Below are positions 10,229 to 20,193 of a stretch of DNA of 64,000 nt, in pieces; position 1 is the first letter of the stretch, and each line of letters begins with the position of its first letter. This DNA comes from Myxococcota bacterium (GTDB taxonomy: Bacteria; Myxococcota_A; Polyangia; Nannocystales; Nannocystaceae): assembly GCA_039028615.1 (NCBI GenBank), contig JBCCHT010000058.1:10268-74267 (forward strand). Direction: 5' to 3'. Under the pieces are notes generated by a model, which was not told where the DNA came from, searched no databases, and saw only the letters and a program-made list of their open reading frames with translations. A program made the translations under genes and the position numbers.

Positions 10229-10690
10229 CTAGGGGCAGGTCTTGCAGGAATCGAACACGATCTTCGCGTGCCCGCCAGCTCGGTGTACCCGCAGCCAGTC
10301 CTTGACCAGGCTGCGCCCGCCCTTCTTGGACCAGGCTTTCTCGAGGGCCTGGACGAGCACCTCGTTGCGCAGGCGAAAGTCGTGGACCAAGCCCTTCATA
10401 TCCGCGAGCTGCTGGGTGAGAGCCGTGACATGGGCATTGAGGCCCTTTGCCCGACCTTCCGCGTCGGCGAGCTTTTCATTGGCCGTCGTCAGCTGATCTT
10501 CGGCCCGTTCGGCGCGCTGCTGTGCGTCCATACGGTCGGCCTGGCTCTGGGTCAGAGCGCTGCGAGTGTGCTTCACCTCGGTTTCGAGCTGCGCAACCTT
10601 GATTCGGTAGGCACAGCCCCCTTGGCTGAGCATGAGCCCCACCAATAGGCTCGCGCCGCGCATTCCCATCGTCATCGTCGTTCGTTGCAT
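10229..10690 (-). CDS. Hypothetical coiled-coil lipoprotein
   Basis: Signal LLVGLMLSQGGC followed by a long heptad-like A/E/Q/L helix. Confidence 0.65.
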   Translation of the reverse strand: MQRTTMTMGMRGASLLVGLMLSQGGCAYRIKVAQLETEVKHTRSALTQSQADRMDAQQRAERAEDQLTTANEKLADAEGRAKGLNAHVTALTQQLADMKGLVHDFRLRNEVLVQALEKAWSKKGGRSLVKDWLRVHRAGGHAKIVFDSCKTCP

Positions 10691-10814
10691 CGTTCCACCA
10701 TTCATTTTTCGACTGGCACGCAGCACCATCGGCGCTACCCGTGCCGGGTTGCATAGGGTCGGTCTCGTAAACTCGTCCGTCGTACGCGACGGTGTCTTTT
10801 CGGGCGCGCCGAAC

Positions 10815-11450
10815 TCAGCCGTCGTCCATCGACGCGGGCGCCTTGTTGTGAATCGACTCGAGCCAGGTCTCGAGCCCGCCGCGCGTCGACAGGCGATGCG
10901 ATGCGGCGCGGAAGCCCTCCAGCGTACGGCGCAGTCGCGCCTTGGCGGTGCGGACGTGGTTGTAGATCTTGTCCGGGGCGACGCCGATCTTCTCGGCGAT
11001 TTCGTGGCGGCTCTTGTCGCCGACGAAGTCGTAATAGAACAGCAGCTGGTCGTCGATCGGCATCGTGCGAAGCGCCTTGATCATGAGCTTCTCTTCCTGC
11101 CGCTGGGCGATGAGAGACGGCGCGCTGCCCTTGGGCACGTCGGGGCCCGCCTCGCCATCGAGCGGGTCGTGGGCGCGTCGCCGGGCCTGCGACAACACGC
11201 TGAACACCACCACCTTGGCCAGATAGGCGCGGAAGCTGGTCTCGATCATCTCCCGCTTGCGGACCACGATGGTCATCGCGTGCTGGGTCGCTTCTTCGAC
11301 GTCGTCCTTGTTGCGCAGGCGCTTGCGGGCGATGTCGTGGGCGTAGCCGTAGTGGCGACGAATCAAGCGGTTGCCGGCTTCGCGATCACCCTCGCGCCAC
11401 TGTTGGAGCAGGACCATGTCATCGTGGTGAGTGTCGTCGTCGTGGGACAT
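10815..11450 (-). CDS. ECF sigma factor (sigma70 group 4)
   Basis: DMVLLQQWREGDREAGNRL, DVEEATQ, SFRAYL (region 2); EIAEKIGV...VRTAKARLRR (region 4); AGGAG RBS. Confidence 0.85.
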   Translation of the reverse strand: MSHDDDTHHDDMVLLQQWREGDREAGNRLIRRHYGYAHDIARKRLRNKDDVEEATQHAMTIVVRKREMIETSFRAYLAKVVVFSVLSQARRRAHDPLDGEAGPDVPKGSAPSLIAQRQEEKLMIKALRTMPIDDQLLFYYDFVGDKSRHEIAEKIGVAPDKIYNHVRTAKARLRRTLEGFRAASHRLSTRGGLETWLESIHNKAPASMDDG

Positions 11451-11621
11451 GGCCATCTCCTTCGGCGGTTTTTCGAGGCGTGACACCATGGTGCCGTTGC
11501 GTTGCGTCGGTCTCGGGTCGATGCCGTCGTCGGCATTCAAACATCCGGTGACGATGGGAAGTGCTGCGAAGGCGACCCATCTTCACCGGCCATCGAAAAA
11601 AAATCGTGGTACCGTCGAACG

Positions 11622-12899
11622 GTGTTTGTGAGTACGGCCAGAGGCCTTTGGGGCCAGGGGTGCCTATGGGCCGGCATGGGTCTCGGAGCGGCCTGCACCG
11701 AGTCGCCACCCCCGGCCAGCACCTCGTGCGCGGGCAATGTCGATTGCCCCGCCGGGCAGCGCTGCGAGTTCGACTCTGCGCTCGAAGCCAACGTCTGCGT
11801 CGACGACGACGGCACCACCTCCCCAGGCCTCACGAGCGCCGCATCGGGGGTGGAGCCGTCCACGGGTGCCGACCCCTCGAGCACCGAGGGCACGAGTGCC
11901 TCGATGTCCGACTCGTCCGGCCCCACGGCGGACTCCACCGGGACTCCGGGCAGCTGCCCCGCGCCGTTCTTCGAGGTCGACGGCGAATGCCTCGGCATCA
12001 CCCGACTCGACTTCCTCACCACCTGCACCGCGTCCAACGTCGAGTACACGTTCGATCTGCCTCCGGGCGCCGACACGCTGATCGTGCCGTCGGTCACCGT
12101 CTACGGGCCGGGCGACGTGCTGATCGAGCCCGACGGTTCCCGCGATCAGGTCTTTCACATCGAGACGTCGATCGATCGCGGTGCCGGATCGATCGACGTC
12201 ACCATCGGCTGTGCGCTGGCCGGGGATGTGCCCAACAACGCGCTGCAGGGCTACGTCACCGCCATCGGTCTGCCTTCGGGGTCGCTGGTGGGGACCTCCG
12301 CGCATCCCTTCACCCACGCGGCCACCTGCGGGATGTCGTCTTCGTTCACGCAGCCGCTGCCCGCGTTCGACGACGCGGCGTTCGATAGCGTCACCCGCTT
12401 CACGGCCGTCACCGCGCTGGAGCTGCCGACCTGGTTCGACACCAGCCTGCACAATCGCGACACCACCTTCGAGACGTCGCTCATGGCGGGCGAGCCCTGG
12501 GAGCTTACGGGGCGGCTCAACGGGGGCACGGGCGCCGACAGCTTCCGCGTGCAGGCGTATCAGGTCGGGTTGCCGGCCACGGGTGCGGTGCGTGTCGACG
12601 TGCAGTCCTTCGACACCTTCACCCTGAGTCCGCCCGAGATCTTGGAGTTCGAGGGCCTCGGCGGGCGCCGGGTCGCCCCGCTCGTGCTCGTCGAAGACTT
12701 CGACTCCGAGGCCCCCGGGCAAGAGTGCAACGCCGATGTCGACAATGACCTGGCGTTCATGATCGACGTGGCTCCCCTGCCGCCGACCGATGGCCCGATG
12801 ACCGAGGATTCGCTCACGGTCGAGGTCACGGCGCTCTCCGACCAGCCGACCTCCGAAGTGCGGGGCCAGGTGGTCGTGTTCTCGATGGCCGCCGATTGA
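11622..12899 (+). CDS. Hypothetical lipoprotein with Cys module, S/T stalk and beta-rich domain
   Basis: Lipobox LGAAC; CAGNVDCPAGQRC module; typical codon bias. The start codon is an estimate. Confidence 0.7.
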   Translation: MFVSTARGLWGQGCLWAGMGLGAACTESPPPASTSCAGNVDCPAGQRCEFDSALEANVCVDDDGTTSPGLTSAASGVEPSTGADPSSTEGTSASMSDSSGPTADSTGTPGSCPAPFFEVDGECLGITRLDFLTTCTASNVEYTFDLPPGADTLIVPSVTVYGPGDVLIEPDGSRDQVFHIETSIDRGAGSIDVTIGCALAGDVPNNALQGYVTAIGLPSGSLVGTSAHPFTHAATCGMSSSFTQPLPAFDDAAFDSVTRFTAVTALELPTWFDTSLHNRDTTFETSLMAGEPWELTGRLNGGTGADSFRVQAYQVGLPATGAVRVDVQSFDTFTLSPPEILEFEGLGGRRVAPLVLVEDFDSEAPGQECNADVDNDLAFMIDVAPLPPTDGPMTEDSLTVEVTALSDQPTSEVRGQVVVFSMAAD

Positions 12900-12909
12900 T
12901 CGCGGTATC

Positions 12910-13836
12910 ATGAACGGGGTGAGCGGCCAGGGCAGCTCGATGGCGGCAGTCGGGGGACGAGCCCGCGCGGGCCGTATTGTGAGTATGGTGGTCGCGCTGA
13001 GCCTGTCGTTGCCCGCGTCGTCATGGGCGGCACCATCGACCGACGAAAAGGCGCTGGTCGACGACTTTCAGCAAGGTCAGCGGCTCGAGAACGAGGGCAA
13101 GTTCGTCGAAGCGGCCGAGGTGTATCAAGCGGTCTACGAGGCGATCGAAGAGGGCAAGGGCAAGCACTCCTGGAAGGCGCAGGCGCTGGCGAAGTACGTG
13201 GAGGCGCTCGAGCGCGCTCACGATGCCGATCGCGACCCCGAGCATCTTCGTCGGGCGCGGGCGCTCGTCGTTCAGTACGAGGCCGTGCTTCGGGCCGTGT
13301 ACGCGGGGGATGCCGAATCGTTGAACGGCTATGGGTATTGCACCGATGCGTTGGCCAGGCTCGACGAAACGCTGGCCGCGTTCCCCGAGGAGCCCGAACT
13401 CGAGCCCGAGCCGGAGCCCGCGGGAGAGCCCGAGCCGGAGCCTCAACCCGCACCCGAGCCGGAGCCCGAGCCGGAGCCCGAACCCGAGCCGAGCCCACCC
13501 GCCGTCGATCGTGGTCTGCTGATCGGCGGAGCGGTTGCGACGACCTTCGGTGGCCTCTCGGCGGTCGGCATGGGAGTCAGCCTCGGTTTCGGCACGAGGG
13601 CACGGACCGACTATCGCGAGGGCCCCACGCGTGCGGACCGAGATGCAGCGGCCGCGATGGGTCGTCGCGCGAACGCATCGGCCATCGCCACTGGCATCAT
13701 CGCGGCAGCGCTCGTGACCGGAGGCGCGGTGCTCCTGGCCGTCGCGCTTCGACGGGCTCGACCCCACGACGACTCGACCGCCCGAGCCTGCCGCCGATGG
13801 GCCGCGCCGTTTCAGGCTCGATGGGGGATGTTTTGA
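12910..13836 (+). CDS. Exported TPR-like protein with EP-repeat linker and two C-terminal hydrophobic helices
   Basis: Signal peptide ending SWA; helical FQQGQRL...GKFVEAAEVYQ; (EP)n linker; two Gly/Ala-rich hydrophobic segments. Confidence 0.75.
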   Translation: MNGVSGQGSSMAAVGGRARAGRIVSMVVALSLSLPASSWAAPSTDEKALVDDFQQGQRLENEGKFVEAAEVYQAVYEAIEEGKGKHSWKAQALAKYVEALERAHDADRDPEHLRRARALVVQYEAVLRAVYAGDAESLNGYGYCTDALARLDETLAAFPEEPELEPEPEPAGEPEPEPQPAPEPEPEPEPEPEPSPPAVDRGLLIGGAVATTFGGLSAVGMGVSLGFGTRARTDYREGPTRADRDAAAAMGRRANASAIATGIIAAALVTGGAVLLAVALRRARPHDDSTARACRRWAAPFQARWGMF

Positions 13837-14258
13837 TGCGGCTTCGCCGAACGACGTGGCTCGGGTTGCTGACGGTCTCGCTGCTCGCGTGCTTCGACTA
13901 CGAGGATCTCGAGGGCCAACCCTGCGAGCGCTCCGTGGACTGCAACGAACGCCAGATCTGCGTGAACTCGGTGTGCTGGTCGATCGACGGCGACCCCTCG
14001 TATCAACCCTGCGCTGCCGATGGCACGTGCGAAGGCGACGGCGAGTTCTGCTGGATGGAGTCGGAGACCGACGAGTTTTCGTTCTGCGGTGCGTCTTGCG
14101 CGCGGGACTCCGAGTGCCCTCCTGCACTGCCGGACGGCACCGCCGTGCCTCGCTGTGCATCATCGGGCCAGGGTCGGTTCTGCCGCTTGGAGTGTGATGC
14201 TCATCTGCGATGCCCCGACGACATGACGTGTCGCTCGGGAGTCTGTTACTGGCCGTAG
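13836..14258 (+). CDS. Small Cys-rich lipoprotein
   Basis: TGATG overlap with the upstream stop codon; lipobox SLLAC; many Cys in repeated modules. Confidence 0.8.
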   Translation: MRLRRTTWLGLLTVSLLACFDYEDLEGQPCERSVDCNERQICVNSVCWSIDGDPSYQPCAADGTCEGDGEFCWMESETDEFSFCGASCARDSECPPALPDGTAVPRCASSGQGRFCRLECDAHLRCPDDMTCRSGVCYWP

Positions 14259-14334
14259 TCCGCCACCGCCGTCGCCCGATGGACTCCGAATCGCGCGTCG
14301 ACTAGATTGGCCGACGAGGTCAGGGCCGACCCTC

Positions 14335-15876
14335 ATGGACGAAGACCGCCCTGCAACATCACAAGAGCAGGAGGCCGCGGACGCCCACGCCGCGATGGAG
14401 GCGTTGATGCAGCTCAACACCGAGGGGCGGCTCTACGAGCCTCCCGAGGTGGGAGCGACCCTCGGCGACTCGTGGAAGCTGACCCGATGGCTCGGCTCGG
14501 GCGGCTTCGGGCACGTCTACGAGGCGTGGGACATCGAGCTCGAGCGCACCCGCGCCATCAAGATCCTCGATCCCGCTCGAGCCAGCGAGCAGATGCGGGT
14601 CGCGTTTCTGACCGAAGCCCGCCTCATGTCCAAGCTCGAGGGCAAGCACCTCGTCGAGGTGTTCTTCTGTGGCCGGCTTCCCGAGGGCACGCCCTTTTTC
14701 GTCATGGAGATGATCCGCGGCGGCTCGCTGCGCGCTGCCCTGGGTCGAGGCCTGGCCCCGGACGATGCCATGGAGATCGCCGAGGAGCTGCTCGTTGGCC
14801 TCGCCCTGGTCCACGAGCGCGGCTACGTCCACGGCGATCTCAAGCCCGAGAACATCCTGCTGAGCGAGCACGGGGCGCGGGTTCGGATCGTCGACTTCGG
14901 CCTCGCCCGCAAGATGGCCGCCATCGGAGGCACCGTCGCCGGGACGCCGCCCTACATGGCGCCCGAGATCCTCCTGGACGGGCGCGAGCCCACGGTCGGC
15001 ACGGACCTCTTTGCCGTCGCCGTGATGCTCTACGAAATGCTCACAGGCGAGCTGCCGCGGGGCCACGTCAGCATGGGCCTGGACGAAATGCGGGACTCCT
15101 GGCGTCGGCGCCCCGACATCGACGCCCTGCGACTCGCGGGTCGAGCGGGCATCACCGACGCACTCGAGCGGCTCATGGCGCAGGCCCTGTCCACGGACCC
15201 CGACGAGCGGCCCCCGTCCGCGAACGCCATGCTCGAGCGCCTCCGGGCAGCGCGGCCCGGGCCGCGGGTGGCCACGGACTCGCCCACTCCTGCGTCGTCG
15301 TCCGTGGACGTGCGGTGGATCTTGCTGGCCGTCGTTGCGCTGCTCGCCGGGGTCGTCGTCTGGCTCGTGCTTCGGGAGCGTACCGAAGGGCCCTCGTCAC
15401 CCCGAGTGCCTGCGGCCGCCGCCCTTGAAGAACCCTCCGCCGAACCACGCCCGGTCGAGGCTCCACAGGATGATCCCGCCGTGGAGTCATCCGACACCTC
15501 GGACGGGAGCGGGCCCACTGGGTCGGGGAGCACGGGCGCCGCGTCGACGTCACCGGTGGACGCCCCCGCCAGCGACGAGCGGCCTCCGTCACCGAAAAAG
15601 CCCCAGGCGCTCACGCGTGCCCGCTTCGATCGCACCATTCGAAGCCTCGACCGCGCCATCGAGGAGTGTGCCCGCAAGACGGACGTCTTCCCCGGCACCG
15701 AAGTCACCGTGCGCGTCACGGTCGACGCCAGCGGGAGCGCCGTCGCGACCGTCGGAGGAGCCGAGGCGAGGCTTCCCATCGGCACGTGCATCCGCGACGT
15801 CGTGCAGCGCAAGCGCTTCGATCGAACGAGAGACGGCGGCGCGTACGACCATACCTTCCGCCTGCGGGGACCGTGA
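14335..15876 (+). CDS. Membrane Ser/Thr protein kinase with extracytoplasmic two-Cys (TonB-C/AgmX-like) domain
   Basis: LGSGGFGHVY, AIK, HGDLKPEN, DFG, GTPPYMAPE; TM WILLAVVALLAGVVVWLVL. Confidence 0.93.
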   Translation: MDEDRPATSQEQEAADAHAAMEALMQLNTEGRLYEPPEVGATLGDSWKLTRWLGSGGFGHVYEAWDIELERTRAIKILDPARASEQMRVAFLTEARLMSKLEGKHLVEVFFCGRLPEGTPFFVMEMIRGGSLRAALGRGLAPDDAMEIAEELLVGLALVHERGYVHGDLKPENILLSEHGARVRIVDFGLARKMAAIGGTVAGTPPYMAPEILLDGREPTVGTDLFAVAVMLYEMLTGELPRGHVSMGLDEMRDSWRRRPDIDALRLAGRAGITDALERLMAQALSTDPDERPPSANAMLERLRAARPGPRVATDSPTPASSSVDVRWILLAVVALLAGVVVWLVLRERTEGPSSPRVPAAAALEEPSAEPRPVEAPQDDPAVESSDTSDGSGPTGSGSTGAASTSPVDAPASDERPPSPKKPQALTRARFDRTIRSLDRAIEECARKTDVFPGTEVTVRVTVDASGSAVATVGGAEARLPIGTCIRDVVQRKRFDRTRDGGAYDHTFRLRGP

Positions 15877-15903
15877 TCACCCGCAGGCGGCCCGCACCGT
15901 CGT

Positions 15904-17304
15904 TCATGCGCTCGCGCGCGTGGCCTGCACCGCGTTGGCGGGCTCGGGCGCCTCGTTCGAGGGCTCGGGCGCGACCGCAAGGGGGGCTCGGCTGCGCTCC
16001 TTTTCCGGGGGCCCGAACGATGGACGCATGCGCCACTGCTGCTGGGTGATGAGCCGAGCACCGCGGCGGTAGCGGATGTACGACCAGACCCACTGGAAGA
16101 ACACCAGCGCGCGGTTGCGGAAGCCCACCAGATACAAGATGTGGACGAAGCACCACGCGAGCCAAGCGACGAAGCCCGTCATGCGGAAGCGGCCGCTCTG
16201 CACCACGGCCGAGGCCCGACCCACGGTGGCCATGATGCCTTTGTCGAAGTACTCGAAGTCTTCCCGCGGCTCCGAGCGGAGGTCGTGCAGGATGTTGTTC
16301 GCGGCGTGGCGCCCCTGCTGAATGGCCGCGGGGGCGAGGCCGGGGACCGGCTCACCGTCGGCTTTGCGTACGTGAGCCTGGTCGCCGATGACGAAGACCT
16401 CGGGATGCCCGGGCAGGCTGAGGTCGTCCGAGACCACCACGCGCCCCGCCCCATCGAGCTCGACGCCCAGGCTGCGCCCGACCGACGAGGCCCGCACGCC
16501 CGCCGCCCACAGTACGGTGTCGGCGTAGACCATCTCGCCACCCGCCTCCACGTGGTCGTCCGAGATGTCGGTGACCCGGGTGTTGGTCCACACCGTGACC
16601 CCGAGTTTCTCCAAGCTCCGGGTTGCTGCACGTGACATCTCGGGGTCGAACGCCGACAACAGGCGCGGCCCGCCCTCGATGAGCATCACTCGGGTGCCGC
16701 CCGGATCGATGCGGCTGAAGTCGCGGCTCAACGTATGGCGGCTGAGTTCACCCAGCGCCCCGGCCAGTTCGACACCCGTCGGGCCACCGCCCACCACCAC
16801 GAAGGTCAGCAAGCGTCGGCGTCGCTCGGGGTCGGCCTCGATTTCCGCCCGTTCGTACGCCGTCAGCACTCGGCGACGGATCTCCGTGGCTTGCTCGATC
16901 GTCTTGAGCCCCGGCGCATGCGGCTCCCACTCGTCGTGCCCGAAATACGCATGCGTCGCCCCGCAGGCGAGCACCAGCGAGTCGTACTCCAGCGGCCCCG
17001 CCGACGTGTGCACGCGACGCTCGGCGAGGTCCACCCGCTGCACCTCCGCCATGCGCACGCTGATCCGCGGGTCGTTCTCGAACAGCGACCGAATCGGCGT
17101 CGAGATGTCCGCCGGGCTCAGCCCCGCCATCGCCACCTGGTACAGCAGCGGCTGAAACAGGTGATGGTTGCGCCGATCGACCAGCGTGATGCGTAGCGAG
17201 CGAGGCCCGCTCGACAGCAGCCGCCGGGCCGTATTCAGCCCCGCAAAGCCCCCGCCCACGATCACCACATGCGTGGTCTCTTCCGATCTGGCCCTATCGC
17301 CCAC
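15904..17304 (-). CDS. ndh: Type II NADH:quinone oxidoreductase
   Basis: VVIVGGGFAG, HLFQPLLYQVA, VVVGGGPTGVELAG, WAAGV, VFVIGD, YFDKGIMATVG. Confidence 0.93.
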   Translation of the reverse strand: MGDRARSEETTHVVIVGGGFAGLNTARRLLSSGPRSLRITLVDRRNHHLFQPLLYQVAMAGLSPADISTPIRSLFENDPRISVRMAEVQRVDLAERRVHTSAGPLEYDSLVLACGATHAYFGHDEWEPHAPGLKTIEQATEIRRRVLTAYERAEIEADPERRRRLLTFVVVGGGPTGVELAGALGELSRHTLSRDFSRIDPGGTRVMLIEGGPRLLSAFDPEMSRAATRSLEKLGVTVWTNTRVTDISDDHVEAGGEMVYADTVLWAAGVRASSVGRSLGVELDGAGRVVVSDDLSLPGHPEVFVIGDQAHVRKADGEPVPGLAPAAIQQGRHAANNILHDLRSEPREDFEYFDKGIMATVGRASAVVQSGRFRMTGFVAWLAWCFVHILYLVGFRNRALVFFQWVWSYIRYRRGARLITQQQWRMRPSFGPPEKERSRAPLAVAPEPSNEAPEPANAVQATRASA

Positions 17305-17835
17305 GCCAGCAATCTAAGTCCGCAGCTCCGGGACGCCAGTGGAAGCAACCCCCTCGAAAATCGAGAAATCTCCCGTCGGATTCCCACCGAACTCGCCCTG
17401 ATTGCTGGTCGCCACGAAACCTCGGGTCCCCCTGCCGTTTCCGCCCCCGAAACCCACGGCGAACCCCCCTGCGAACCCCCCTGCCCAACGGCAGAACCGT
17501 TTCCGGACCCACGCATCGGCATCTCCACCCACCCGCGCAGGGCGGCGCCGAGCCCCATGGCCTCGGCCGATGTGAGCGGCAGGCTCCGTTAGCCGCAACT
17601 CATCGGGGCGGCCAGCTCCGTTCGTCGCGACCCCCTCGTGGTCGGCCGCCTCCGTCCGCCGAGCCCCCTTGTGGACGTCCGGCTCGGTTCGCCGAGCCCG
17701 ATCCCGTCGCCCTCCGATTTTTTTTCGATTTCGGCGATCACAATTCCTCGCCGCGACATGTTGGTGGGCCGCCGACGCGGAACGGTGCTCGGACCCCGAG
17801 CCCCGACGGCAACGAAGGCGCGGCAGGAGCCCCCA

Positions 17836-18609
17836 ATGAACGCCCAAAAGACCAGCCCTCCCACTCGCGATGCCGCGCGCGCGCTCGGGCGGCCCAGCCT
17901 CCGAGCGGTCGCCATCGCGATCACGATCGCCTTGTCCGGCTGCAAAGCTGCAGCGGCCCCCCGCCATCCCGATACCGACGACCAAGCGTGGCCCAATGCA
18001 GACCGCTCCCAGGAGTCGGCAGCGTCCTATTGCAGACGCGTCGCCATCAATGCCGACGCGTATGCGCAGACACAACTCGGAGTAGGAATCGCGCTGGCCG
18101 CGGTCGCGGGTGGCGGCACGATCGTCGGCACCGCGATGGGCCCCGGTCGTGGCAGCGACCCCAACTGGGCAGAAGAGAACCGGAACGCCCTAGTCCTGGG
18201 CGCCTCCGCACTAGTCGGAGCCGTGGCGAGCACGATCTTGGTCCTGAGCCGCAACTCCTCCAACGTCTCGGAAGCGGCCACCCTGGCCATGATGGAGCGG
18301 GACGAAGAGATGAAGATGAGGCTCTGCCTGGCCGCTCGGGCTCAGCTGGCAGCGGGCCGCGCGAACGCGACCGGAGCCCTGATGGACCGCCTCGAAACCG
18401 TCCCGTCCGGCGACCCCGCCGACGGTAAATCCGACCAGAGCAACCCCCCAACCGCCCTCACCAACGATCGAGCGACGGCCTCCCCCACACCGCCCCCCTC
18501 CCCAGACAACGAGACCGAGCCCACCACCACCCCGGCCGAGGACGCCGAAGAACCCCAAGTCCGGGAGGGCCTGTCCCTCCTTCCCCGACAACAACCCCCC
18601 GAGGGATGA
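17836..18609 (+). CDS. Hypothetical membrane lipoprotein
   Basis: AGGAG RBS, lipobox LSGC, two hydrophobic helices, Pro/Thr-rich tail. Confidence 0.65.
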   Translation: MNAQKTSPPTRDAARALGRPSLRAVAIAITIALSGCKAAAAPRHPDTDDQAWPNADRSQESAASYCRRVAINADAYAQTQLGVGIALAAVAGGGTIVGTAMGPGRGSDPNWAEENRNALVLGASALVGAVASTILVLSRNSSNVSEAATLAMMERDEEMKMRLCLAARAQLAAGRANATGALMDRLETVPSGDPADGKSDQSNPPTALTNDRATASPTPPPSPDNETEPTTTPAEDAEEPQVREGLSLLPRQQPPEG

Positions 18610-18816
18610 CTCCCGCCCCCCTTCACTCGCCCCCCGAGAGACAACCGCTTCCCTTCATCATCCTCAACCCCGCCGCCTTCAACCACATCACCACGAACAC
18701 ACCCCTGGACGACTTCACCCACACTCGCTCGACCAACCCGCCGAACCCGCCAAACAAGATCACCTTGGAACCGGGCAGGGCCCACGCCGACTCTCGAACG
18801 GGAGACCGAGTGCGGG

Positions 18817-18957
18817 GAGGGCTGAAGCGAAGCCGCGTAGGATGGAGGGGGCCCGGTCGCGCGGAGGCGGCCGCGTACAGCCTTCGAGAAACACTCGGGT
18901 GCTACGGCCGCCGAGCACGTCCGGGGAGGGTTCCATCCGTTAAACAGGCGAGCCCTC
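18817..18957 (+). repeat. Dispersed palindromic element, copy 1
   Basis: Matches the reverse complement of 63864-64000; nested internal inverted repeats. Confidence 0.9.
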
Positions 18958-19290
18958 CGCTCGAATTCAGCAGACCCCCCGGCCCCACGAAACCGCCGGT
19001 CCGAGCAGACCGCAATCAACCCCGAGCCCCCGGCTCAAGTTCGGCAAACCGCCGGGGCGCACGAAACCGCCGGTCCAAGCAGACCGCGATCAACCTCGAG
19101 CCTCCGGCTCAAGTTCGGCAAACCGCCGGGGCGCACGAAACCGCCGGTCCAAGCAGACCGCGATCAACCTCGAGCCCTCCGTTTGAATTTCGGTAGCCCC
19201 CGGGTCGCCCGAAGCACCCGGCCTCAGCCGCACGCATCAACCCCGAGCCCCGCTCGAATTCGACAGGACCCCCACATCGGAAGCACCCGG
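18949..19290 (+). repeat. 74-bp tandem repeat (about 2.6 well-conserved copies plus degenerate flanking copies)
   Basis: CACGAAACCGCCGGTCC recurs at 18986, 19060 and 19134 (period 74). Confidence 0.9.
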
Positions 19291-19315
19291 TTCTCAACCG
19301 GGCGCCGTCAATTTC

Positions 19316-20050
19316 TCAGGCCCCCGCCAACACCGCAGCCACCTGCGGCACCACATGATTCGCGAGCACCTTCGCCCCACTCCGCGTGTAGTGCACCCCA
19401 TCCCCAGCCCGCACCGTCACGCGCTTCCCGTCGACCAGCAGACGCTCGGCATAGTTGCCCTTCTTGTCCGCCAGCACCGACCAGGTGTCGATGAAGTGCC
19501 CGCCCTCGCGAGCCTCCATGCTCGCCTGGAAGATCCCGTTCATTCGTTCCATGCGCGACTTGAGCTTGTTCGAGCGCATGACGGGCATCCCCACCCAGAA
19601 CACGTGCTCGCCGTTGGGCGCGACCGCTTCGGCGAATTGCTTCACCCGACGCCCGTACTCCTCCGACCAGCCTTCTTCTTGCCAGCGAATCCACTGCGGG
19701 TCCGCCTTACGCCCCATGTGCAGCCCCTGCCCGTCGTTGCCGCCGAACATGCACACGGTCGCGATGGGCGACTCGCTCTCGTACAGGCTCGCCGCTTGCC
19801 CGGGCCAGTCGTAGAAGTCCGGCCGGGCCAGCCCGGTGCTGCTCTTGGCGTGCCGGGTCGCAGAAAACCCGGCTTCGACCAGGCCATCTTCGATGAAGCG
19901 ACCCACCGCGCCGACCATGGCGCTGCCACCGATGACCATGACCGTGCCCGCCTCGGTACGGGCGGCATGAACTCGCCCGGGGAGGAGCATCGAGCCAAGG
20001 CCGGCGGAAGCGCCAAGGAGGAATGATCGACGTTGGATCGCGCCAGACAT
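19316..20050 (-). CDS. Tat-exported SGNH/GDSL hydrolase (DUF459-like)
   Basis: QRRSFLLG twin-arginine signal; VIGGS, STGLARPDFYDWP, FGGND, WVGMP, DGVHYT. Confidence 0.85.
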   Translation of the reverse strand: MSGAIQRRSFLLGASAGLGSMLLPGRVHAARTEAGTVMVIGGSAMVGAVGRFIEDGLVEAGFSATRHAKSSTGLARPDFYDWPGQAASLYESESPIATVCMFGGNDGQGLHMGRKADPQWIRWQEEGWSEEYGRRVKQFAEAVAPNGEHVFWVGMPVMRSNKLKSRMERMNGIFQASMEAREGGHFIDTWSVLADKKGNYAERLLVDGKRVTVRAGDGVHYTRSGAKVLANHVVPQVAAVLAGA

Positions 20051-20193
20051 CACGGCCTCATGGAATACCAACTGCTCGGGCTCCGCAAAATCCCGTCGAG
20101 GAGGAAGGTCTGGAGCCAAATTCGCAGGGAAGAGTCGTTCGAGTGTGCGCATTGAGGGGGGCTTTGCTCCGACATGTGATAGAAACGGGGCGG

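Noticed and set aside
18606..19196. 196-aa ORF across the repeat region
   Set aside because: Low-complexity translation of the palindrome and the 74-bp repeats; 74 is not a multiple of 3.
18949..19290. Possible CRISPR array
   Set aside because: Whole 74-bp units repeat with no unique spacers, and there are no cas genes in the window.
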